NCBI GenBank assembly: GCA_964449755.1
Contig: CAYVCH010000002.1
Location: 1-36,328, forward strand
From: an uncultured Actinomycetes bacterium
Lineage (GTDB): Bacteria; Actinomycetota; UBA4738; HRBIN12
Direction of reading: 5' to 3'
Length of the DNA: 36,328 bases
Shown: positions 1 through 6,441 of the stretch, piece by piece
Layout of the letters: each line of letters begins with the position of its first letter
How positions within the stretch are numbered: the stretch's first letter is position 1
Program-made: the position numbers and the translations under genes
The notes under the pieces: generated by a model
Seen by the model: the letters and a program-made list of their open reading frames with translations, nothing else
Database searches by the model: none
What the model was told of the DNA's origin: nothing

Positions 1-1320
1 CCGCAGCGAGCAGGGCTTCAGCTCGCAGATGGGCAGCGGCGAGAGGAAGCAGGCCCCCACCTCGGTGCCCCCCGAGAGGTTGATGATGGGGCAGCGGGAG
101 CCGCCCACCTCCCGGAACAGCCAGAGGTAGGGCTCCGGGTTCCAGGGCTCCCCGGTGGAGCCGATGATCCGGAGGCTGGACAGGTCGTGGGCCCGGACCG
201 GCTCCTCCCCGAAGGGGATGAGGGACCGGATGAGGGTGGGGGAGACCCCGAGGGTCGTCACCCGGTGCCGCTCGACGGTGGCCCACAGGCGGTCCGGGCC
301 CGGGTGGGTGGGGGCACCCTCCGTGAGGAGGACCGCCGAGCCGAGGGCTCCGGCCCCCACGATCTCCCAGGGGCCCATGATCCAGCCCAGGTCCGTCACC
401 CAGCAGAGCAGCTCGCCGGGGTGCAGATCCACCTGGTAGGCGACCTCCTCGGCGACCTTGACCAGGAACCCGCCGTGGACGTGGACGGCCCCCTTGGGTC
501 GCCCGGTCGTCCCGCTCGTGTACGCGATGAACAGCGGGTGCTCGCTGTCCAGCTCCTCGGTGTCGAAGCGACCCGGGTGGTCGGCGAGCAGGTCCTCCCA
601 GCGGACGTCCCTCCGGGCGTCCCAGGGGGCGTCCCGTCGCCCCAGCCTGCTCCAGACCACCAGCCGGTCCACGCATCCGGCCGCGTCGGCGGCCTGGTTG
701 GCCGTCTCCTTCATGGGGACGACCTGCCCCCGGCGGAGCGACCCGTCGGCGGTGAGCAGGACCCGGGCGCCGGCGTCGGCCAGGCGGGTGGCCACGGCGT
801 CGGCGGCGAAGCCCGAGAAGATCGGCACGTAGACCGCCCCCACCTTCGCGCAGGCCAGGGTGGCCGCCACGATCTCCGGCGCCATGGGCATGAAGATCCC
901 GACAGTGTCCCGGGGCCCCACGCCCAGGGCCCGCAGCCCGTGGGCCAGGCGGTCGGCCATCTCCCGCAGCTCCCGGTAGCTCACCCGGCGAACCTCGCCG
1001 TCCTCCCCCTCCCAGACCACCGCGGGGGCCTCGGGGGTCCGCTCCGCCCAGCGGTCGACGCAGTTGTGGGCCAGGTTCAGCCGGCCCCCCACGAACCACT
1101 GGGCCCACTCGACGCCCCCCGAGGTGTCCAGGACCCGCTCGTAGGGAGTGGAGAACTCCAGGCCCAGGTCGGCCACGACGGCGTCCCAGAACCATGCCAC
1201 GTCCGCCACCGACCGGGCCACCAGCTCCTCGTAGCTGCCGATCCCGTGGGCGCGCATGAAGCGGGTCACGTTCGCCCCCTCCACGTACTCGGGGCTGGGG
1301 CGCCACACCACCTCGTCCAT
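1..1320 (-). CDS. AMP-forming acyl-CoA synthetase (acetyl/propionyl-CoA synthetase-like). N-terminal 440 codons only; the 3' end runs off the window.
   Basis: Absent from the ORF track because it is open at the window edge. Manual reverse-complement translation from the ATG (cat at 1318-1320) gives MDEVVWRPSPEYVEGANVTRFMRAHGI... and stays open to position 1. It carries the AMP-binding signature HPLFIAYTSGTTGRPKGAVH (coded at 481-540), then GWIMGP and IGSTGEPWNPE. Confidence 0.85.
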   Translation of the reverse strand, partial: MDEVVWRPSPEYVEGANVTRFMRAHGIGSYEELVARSVADVAWFWDAVVADLGLEFSTPYERVLDTSGGVEWAQWFVGGRLNLAHNCVDRWAERTPEAPAVVWEGEDGEVRRVSYRELREMADRLAHGLRALGVGPRDTVGIFMPMAPEIVAATLACAKVGAVYVPIFSGFAADAVATRLADAGARVLLTADGSLRRGQVVPMKETANQAADAAGCVDRLVVWSRLGRRDAPWDARRDVRWEDLLADHPGRFDTEELDSEHPLFIAYTSGTTGRPKGAVHVHGGFLVKVAEEVAYQVDLHPGELLCWVTDLGWIMGPWEIVGAGALGSAVLLTEGAPTHPGPDRLWATVERHRVTTLGVSPTLIRSLIPFGEEPVRAHDLSSLRIIGSTGEPWNPEPYLWLFREVGGSRCPIINLSGGTEVGACFLSPLPICELKPCSLR

Positions 1321-1357
1321 GGCGGCTCGCGGCTCCTGGGCCTCGACCACGGCTGCG

Positions 1358-1363
1358 TATACT
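1358..1363 (+). promoter_or_regulatory. Possible -10 element (TATACT) in the 53-bp divergent gap. It sits 10 nt before the ATG at 1374, so the transcript would be near-leaderless.
   Basis: TATACT is the only AT-rich hexamer between the divergent starts at 1320 (-) and 1374 (+). No Shine-Dalgarno sequence precedes the ATG at 1374. Confidence 0.3.
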
Positions 1364-1373
1364 ACGCGGGCCC

Positions 1374-2540
1374 ATGGACCCCCACGCGGCCATCGTGGGC
1401 GTCGGCCACACCGGATGCGTCCCCGTGGCGGCCGGCGTCTCCTACAAGGAGCTCATGCACGAGGCGGCCCGGCGGGCCTATGCCGACGCCGGCCTGGACC
1501 CCCGCCGGGACGTGGACTCCTTCGTCTGCGTCTCGGAGGACCTGGAGGAGGGCACCTCCATCTTCGACGAGTACGTCCCCGACCAGCTCGGCGCCGCGCA
1601 GCGCCCGGTGCACACGCTGGCGGCAGACGGCCTGGCGGCGGTGGCCACCGCCGCCATGCTGATCCGCTCCGGGATCGCCCGGGTGGTCGCGGTGGAGGGC
1701 CACCGGAAGGCCTCGGACGCCCGCACCCCCGGACGGGTCGAGGCCTTCGCCCTGGACCCTGTCTTCGCCCGCCCCCTGGGGGTCTCGGCCCTGGCCGTGG
1801 CGGGCCTGGAGATGCACCGGTACCTGGAGACCACTGGGACCACCGAGGAGCAGTGCGCCGCGGTGGTGGCCCGCAACCGCCGGGCCGCCCTGGCCAACCC
1901 CCGGGCGGCCTACGGTGCCGACCTCACGCCCCGGGACGTGCTGGACTCGGGGCCCCTGTTCTGGCCCCTGAAGGAGCTGGAGCGGGCGCAGCCCGCCGAC
2001 GGATGCGTGGTGCTCGTGCTCGCCGCCGCCGACCGGGCCCGGGAGCTCACCGACCGGCCGGTGTGGGTGACGGGGGTGGGGTGGTCCTCGGGCAGCCCGA
2101 CCCTGGAGAGCCGGGCGTGGGACCGGGCCGACGCCACCGAGCGCGCCGCCGTCATGGCGTACCGGCAGGCCGGCATCGCCGACCCCGCCGCCGAGCTCGA
2201 GCTGGCCGAGGTGGACGACGCCTTCGCCTACAAGGAGCTGCAGCACCTGGAGGCCCTGGGTCTCGCCCCCGAGGGCGGGGCCGGGGCGGCCCTGGTGGCG
2301 GGCGGCTTCGAGCGGGAGGGGGCCCCCCGGGTCAACCCCTCCGGGGGCTCCCTGGGGGAGGGGCACCTGGGGGAGGGGGCGGGCCTCGCCCGCCTGGCCG
2401 CGTGCGTCCTGCAGCTCCGGGGCGAGGCGGGCCCGAGCCAGGTCCCGGGGGTCCGGCGGGCCGTGGCCCAGTCCTGGCGGGGGGTGCCCTCCAACTCGGC
2501 GGCCGTCGTCGTGGTGGCCTCCGAGGAGGGGCTGGGGTGA
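1374..2540 (+). CDS. Thiolase-fold protein of the SCP-x / lipid-transfer-protein type, with catalytic residues degenerate (no nucleophilic Cys).
   Basis: 388-aa ORF. It aligns along its length with SCP-x thiolases (VNPSGGSLGEGH, LQLRGEAG, PVWVTGVGW). The NNNCATGS nucleophile position reads LAADGLAA (Asp85, 1626-1628). Confidence 0.85.
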   Translation: MDPHAAIVGVGHTGCVPVAAGVSYKELMHEAARRAYADAGLDPRRDVDSFVCVSEDLEEGTSIFDEYVPDQLGAAQRPVHTLAADGLAAVATAAMLIRSGIARVVAVEGHRKASDARTPGRVEAFALDPVFARPLGVSALAVAGLEMHRYLETTGTTEEQCAAVVARNRRAALANPRAAYGADLTPRDVLDSGPLFWPLKELERAQPADGCVVLVLAAADRARELTDRPVWVTGVGWSSGSPTLESRAWDRADATERAAVMAYRQAGIADPAAELELAEVDDAFAYKELQHLEALGLAPEGGAGAALVAGGFEREGAPRVNPSGGSLGEGHLGEGAGLARLAACVLQLRGEAGPSQVPGVRRAVAQSWRGVPSNSAAVVVVASEEGLG

Positions 2541-4282
2541 GCCGCCGGGTGGCGGTGGTCGGGGCCGGCATGACCCGGTTCATGCGCCGGGCCCTGGAGA
2601 CCGGCCGCGAGCTGTCCTACGAGGCCGCCCGGGCGGCCCTGGACTCCTGCGGCCTCACCCTGGCCGACGTCGACGCGGTGTGCCTGGGCACGGCCCCCGA
2701 CGCCTTCGACGGCGTCCACCGCAAGGGGGAGTACCTGGCCGACGGCTGCGGGGCCTACGGCAAGCCCTTCATCCGGAGCTACGTGGGCGGCGGGACCGGG
2801 GTCTTCACCGCCATCCAGGGCTGGTACACGGTGGCCTCGGGCCTGGCCGACGTGGTCCTGGTGGTGGCCGAGGAGAAGATGTCCTCGTGCCAGCCCCACC
2901 CCCAGGGAGCCTTCCTCACGATCTTCGACAGCGTCCTGGAGCGGCCCCTGGGACCGAACCTCCTCTGGATCTTCGCCCTGGAGATGAACCGTTACCTCGC
3001 CGTCCACGGCCTGGACAAGCGGGACATCGCCCGGGTGGCGGTGAAGAACAAGCGGAACGCGGCGGACCACCCGGCGGCCCAGCTGGGCAGCCACGAGATC
3101 ACCGTGGAGGACGTGCTCGCCTCGGAGGTCCTGGCCTGGCCGGTACAGCGCCTGGACGTCTCGCCCGTCTCCGACGGGGCCGTGGCCGTGGTCGTCGCCT
3201 CCGAGGAGGCGGCCCGGCGCATCACCGACAGGCCGGTGTGGGTCCAGGGGGTGGGCTGGAACCTGGACACCGCCTACTGGACCAACCGGGACCTGGTCTA
3301 CCCCGAGTACGTCGAGCGGGCGGCCCGCATGGCCTACGGGATGGCCGGGGTGCGCGATCCCCGGCGGGAGATCGACCTGGCCGAGCCCTACGACCCCTTC
3401 GACTACAAGGAGCTGCACCACCTAGAGGGGCTCCTGCTGTTCGACCGGGGCAAGGCCCCCGAGGCCGCCCGGGACGGCGTCCTCGACCGCGACGGGGACC
3501 TCCCCTCCTGTCCCTCGGGGGGGCTCCTGGGGGTGGGCAACCCCATCGCCGCGGCGGGGCTCATGAAGGTGGCGGAGCTGTTCTGGCAGCTCCGGGGGGA
3601 GGCCGGGGCCCGGCAGGTCCCGGGGAGCCCCCGCCGGGGCGTCGCCCAGGCCTGGGGAGACCTCATGCAGGTGGGGACGGTGGTGGTCATGGGCGTGGAC
3701 CGGCCGCCGGTGGCTCCCGAGGCGAGGCCGCCCGCCACGGCGGGCCCGGGGTCGCTCCCCGTCGGCACGCCGCCCGTGGCTCCGGAGGGTCACTCCCTGT
3801 CCGACGGGGAGTTCGAGTCCGACCCCTTCGCCGTGAACGCCCGCCTGGACACGGCCTACGCCTGGGACGCGGGCGTGGCGGTCGGGGGGTTCCTGCGGGG
3901 CCTCGAGGAGGGACGGATCCTCGGCCGGGCCTGCCCCGAGTGCGGCCGGGTCCTCGTCCCGCCCCGGGTCTTCTGCGAGCGGTGCTTCCGCCCCACGACC
4001 CGTTGGGAGCCGGTGGCCGACACCGGGGTCGTGCAGACCTTCTCCCTGTGCCACGTGTCCTGGGACATGCGCCGCCTGGCGGAGCCGGAGATCCCCGCGG
4101 TCATCGCCGTGGACGGCTCCGACGGCGGCCTCCTCCACCTCCTGGGCGAGGTCCGGCCCGAGGACGTCCGGGTGGGGATGGCCGTGGAGGCGGTGTGGAA
4201 GCCGGAGGCCGAGCGGGAGGGCTCGATCCGGGACATCCGGTACTTCCGGCCCCGCGGCGACGGGGGCCGGGGGAGGGCCTGA
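2537..4282 (+). CDS. Thiolase-fold protein (Cys-less, Ltp2-like) fused through a Pro-rich linker to a C-terminal DUF35 zinc-ribbon/OB-fold domain.
   Basis: The GTG at 2537 overlaps the upstream TGA (GTGA). The N-terminal ~385 aa are SCP-x thiolase-like (VAVVGAGMTRF, VLVVAEEKMS, PSGGLLGVGNP, FWQLRGEAG). A linker DRPPVAPEARPPATAGPG... follows. The last ~150 aa (about 3821-4282) carry the DUF35 pattern CPECG-x13-CERC and an OB-like tail. The first 1.3 kb of track ORF 1256..4282 is shadow frame. Confidence 0.85.
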   Translation: MSRRVAVVGAGMTRFMRRALETGRELSYEAARAALDSCGLTLADVDAVCLGTAPDAFDGVHRKGEYLADGCGAYGKPFIRSYVGGGTGVFTAIQGWYTVASGLADVVLVVAEEKMSSCQPHPQGAFLTIFDSVLERPLGPNLLWIFALEMNRYLAVHGLDKRDIARVAVKNKRNAADHPAAQLGSHEITVEDVLASEVLAWPVQRLDVSPVSDGAVAVVVASEEAARRITDRPVWVQGVGWNLDTAYWTNRDLVYPEYVERAARMAYGMAGVRDPRREIDLAEPYDPFDYKELHHLEGLLLFDRGKAPEAARDGVLDRDGDLPSCPSGGLLGVGNPIAAAGLMKVAELFWQLRGEAGARQVPGSPRRGVAQAWGDLMQVGTVVVMGVDRPPVAPEARPPATAGPGSLPVGTPPVAPEGHSLSDGEFESDPFAVNARLDTAYAWDAGVAVGGFLRGLEEGRILGRACPECGRVLVPPRVFCERCFRPTTRWEPVADTGVVQTFSLCHVSWDMRRLAEPEIPAVIAVDGSDGGLLHLLGEVRPEDVRVGMAVEAVWKPEAEREGSIRDIRYFRPRGDGGRGRA

Positions 4283-4746
4283 TGCTCGAGGGAGTCCACC
4301 CCGACCAGGTCCGTCGCTGGCCCGGCGAGTTCCCCTTCCGCTACCGGTACACCGCGGGGGTGGCGGGGACCGTCTTCCTCCGGGCCCTCCGGGACCGGGG
4401 GGTCTTCCTGGGCTCCCGGTGCGGCCGCTGCGACTACACCTACGTCCCCGCGCGGCTCTACTGCGAGCGCTGCTTCGAGCGGCTCCGGGCCGACCTGGAG
4501 GTGGGCCCCGCAGGGACCCTGGAGTCCTTCGCCGTCGGCTACGTGGGGGTGGACGGGGAGCCCCTGGAGGAGCCGGTGACGGTGGGCCTCGTCCGTCTCG
4601 ACGGGGCCGATGCCGTGCTGTTCCACCGGGTGCTCGACGCCGACCGGCCCCTGGAGGTCGGGATGCGGGTGGCGGCGGTCCTCAAGCCCGAGGGCGAGCG
4701 GACCGGCTCCATCCTGGACGTCGAGGGCTTCCGGCCCGTCGAGTGA
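4282..4746 (+). CDS. Stand-alone DUF35 protein (zinc-ribbon plus OB-fold, acyl-CoA-associated).
   Basis: The ATG at 4282 overlaps the upstream TGA (ATGA-type coupling). The 154-aa product has CGRC-x13-CERC and is a paralog of the C-terminal domain of the preceding gene (LEVGMRVAAVLKPEGERTGSILDVEGFRP versus VRVGMAVEAVWKPEAEREGSIRDIRYFRP). Confidence 0.85.
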   Translation: MLEGVHPDQVRRWPGEFPFRYRYTAGVAGTVFLRALRDRGVFLGSRCGRCDYTYVPARLYCERCFERLRADLEVGPAGTLESFAVGYVGVDGEPLEEPVTVGLVRLDGADAVLFHRVLDADRPLEVGMRVAAVLKPEGERTGSILDVEGFRPVE

Positions 4747-5537
4747 GGCTCACCCCCCGGCGTTCCCCTCCCGGGTCCGGTGGGCAGGTGCTCCGGCCTC
4801 GCGTCTTCCGGTCCCTCTCCCCGTACCCAGACCACCACGCCGGTGACGCCCAGCGCGAACCCCCCGACCCCCATGACCACGCCGGCCAGCTGCTGGTCCA
4901 GAACCGGCGGGATCCCCGGGGGACCGGGGCGCTCCCCGTAGGGCGGGTACAGGGGAAGCCGGGAGAGCGAGAGGAACGACCCGAGGTACATAGGCAGGGC
5001 CGCCTGGACCAGCAGGTAGGTCAGGGTCCTCGCCGGCGAGAGGCGCGGCAGCTGGCGGCCGGGGCCGATGACGGGGCTCCACATGGTGGCCGCCGACCCG
5101 AGCAGGGCCGTGTGCAGCGCTGCGTGGGCGAGCTGGGAGCGAGCCATCAGTCCCACGACGGGGGGCCAGTGGATCAGCGCGAGCACGGCGTTGAACAGGA
5201 CGAGGGCCGGGACCGGCCGGGTGAGGGCGCGCACCGCCGCCGCCACGGTCCGCCCCTGGAGGAGCCGACGCACGAGCCGCGGAGGTACCCCGAGCAGCAG
5301 GAGCGGAGGGGCCGCGAGGGCCAGGAGGAGGTGCTGGACCATGTGGGCCCAGTACAGCCGCTCCGCCAGGTCGTGCAGGGGCCAGTCCAGGGTCAGCCAG
5401 AGCCCGAGGACGCCCAGCGTGAACGGCAGGGCCCCGGCGCCCTCGGCGGGGGAGGCCTCACCCAGGGCGAGGAGGTAGGTCCCCGCGAGGGCGAGAACGG
5501 CCACCCATGCCTCGGGGTGGGGATGCCATGCGGGCAT
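4539..5537 (-). CDS. ctaG: Cytochrome oxidase assembly factor, CtaG-like (Caa3_CtaG family polytopic membrane protein).
   Basis: 332-aa ORF with multiple hydrophobic helices and family-like segments (LDWPLHDLAERLYWAHMVQHLLLALAAPPLLLLG, LIHWPPV). The last ~69 codons (4539-4746) are R/S/T/P-rich and lie antisense to the DUF35 gene, so the functional C-terminus is uncertain. Confidence 0.7.
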   Translation of the reverse strand: MPAWHPHPEAWVAVLALAGTYLLALGEASPAEGAGALPFTLGVLGLWLTLDWPLHDLAERLYWAHMVQHLLLALAAPPLLLLGVPPRLVRRLLQGRTVAAAVRALTRPVPALVLFNAVLALIHWPPVVGLMARSQLAHAALHTALLGSAATMWSPVIGPGRQLPRLSPARTLTYLLVQAALPMYLGSFLSLSRLPLYPPYGERPGPPGIPPVLDQQLAGVVMGVGGFALGVTGVVVWVRGEGPEDARPEHLPTGPGRGTPGGEPHSTGRKPSTSRMEPVRSPSGLRTAATRIPTSRGRSASSTRWNSTASAPSRRTRPTVTGSSRGSPSTPT

Positions 5538-5592
5538 CCAGGCCGCGAGGGGGACGGTCGGGGTCGTGGCGGTCCTTTCCCTTCAGGGGCGC

Positions 5593-5621
5593 TTGACAGG
5601 AGACGCGGGAAGGAGTATAGA
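5593..5621 (+). promoter_or_regulatory. Sigma-70/SigA-type promoter: TTGACA, 17-nt spacer, TATAGA.
   Basis: TTGACA at 5593-5598, an exact 17-nt spacer, and TATAGA at 5616-5621. It lies in an AT-enriched gap upstream of the oxidase operon. Confidence 0.6.
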
Positions 5622-5624
5622 CGC

Positions 5625-5645
5625 AAAGGACCTAAAAGGTCTTTT
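5625..5645. promoter_or_regulatory. AT-rich imperfect palindrome AAAGGACCT-AAA-AGGTCTTTT just downstream of the -10. Candidate operator.
   Basis: The two 9-nt arms are inverted repeats with one mismatch. The element stands out in ~70% GC DNA and sits where a repressor would block initiation. Confidence 0.45.
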
Positions 5646-5677
5646 GAATCCTCCAGCTGGCACGGGAGGTGGTCGCG

Positions 5678-5845
5678 GTGGGCACCGAGGCTCGGGAGGT
5701 GCCGGAGGAACAGGTCCCCTTCGGGCAGATCGTCTTCGACAACATCTGGCTCCTCTTCGTGCTCGGCATCGGGATCCCGTTCCTCTCCTACATCGTCTGG
5801 GGGCTGATCGACATCGGGAGCACGCCCCTGGCGCCGCCGCGGTGA
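5678..5845 (+). CDS. Small single-pass membrane protein (55 aa). Possible accessory subunit of the downstream oxidase, analogous in position to subunit IIa.
   Basis: Not in the ORF track. A GTG at 5678 is preceded by GGGAGG (5664-5669, 8-nt spacer). Translation is VGTEAREVPEEQVPFGQIVFDNIWLLFVLGIGIPFLSYIVWGLIDIGSTPLAPPR, with one clear TM helix. GC3 is high in this frame. It occupies the slot of cbaD in Thermus cbaDBA, but I see no sequence similarity to it. Confidence 0.4.
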   Translation: MGTEAREVPEEQVPFGQIVFDNIWLLFVLGIGIPFLSYIVWGLIDIGSTPLAPPR

Positions 5846-5893
5846 CGGGCCGACGGCGGGCGGCGGGGGCCTGAGGTACGAGGGGGAAAGGGG

Positions 5894-6412
5894 ATGGCGC
5901 TCACCGCACCCGAGCGGGTCTGGTGGAGGCCGGTCGGCCGCCAGGAGCGCGTCTGGGTCGGCCTCAGTGTCGGCTTCACGCTCCTGCTGTTCTTCTCGAT
6001 GCCGGCGTGGCACCTCTTCGCGAAACAGAACACCCCGAACGAGTACTACCGGATCGCGCCCGCTCAGTTCCTGGAGCGGGCGAACGCATTCATCGACCAG
6101 TACCAGGTGGGGACCGAGGCGGGCCTCCCGGTGGTGCGGCCCCCGGAGGGGGACGTGTACCTCATCGCCCGGCAGTGGCAGTGGAGCCCCATCCTGGTGC
6201 TGACGGCGGGCAAGACGTATCGGCTGCACCTGTCCTCCGTCGACGTCCAGCACAGCCTCTCGCTGCAGCCGACGAACATGAACTTCCAGGTCGTTCCCGG
6301 GTACGACTACGTGCTCACGATCACGCCGACCCCCGGCTCGTACACCATCATCTGCAACCAGTTCTGCGGCCTGGGCCACTACCAGATGAGCGGCAAGATC
6401 GTCGTGGAATGA
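5894..6412 (+). CDS. cbaB: Heme-copper oxidase subunit II, ba3 (B-family) type, with an intact CuA site.
   Basis: 172 aa with an N-terminal TM helix and a cupredoxin domain. The C-terminus YTIICNQFCGLGHYQMSGKIVVE matches Thermus CbaB (RIICNQYCGLGHQNMFGTIVVKE). The upstream CuA His lies in SSVDVQHSL. Confidence 0.9.
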   Translation: MALTAPERVWWRPVGRQERVWVGLSVGFTLLLFFSMPAWHLFAKQNTPNEYYRIAPAQFLERANAFIDQYQVGTEAGLPVVRPPEGDVYLIARQWQWSPILVLTAGKTYRLHLSSVDVQHSLSLQPTNMNFQVVPGYDYVLTITPTPGSYTIICNQFCGLGHYQMSGKIVVE

Positions 6413-6441
6413 GCAGCAGGATCGTCGTGGAGGAGTGAGCC

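Noticed and set aside
5566-5874. 102-aa track ORF overlapping the oxidase promoter region.
   Set aside because: It begins inside the promoter/operator sequence and gives a Gly/Arg-rich product. A different frame (5678-5845) has an SD site and a clean TM helix.
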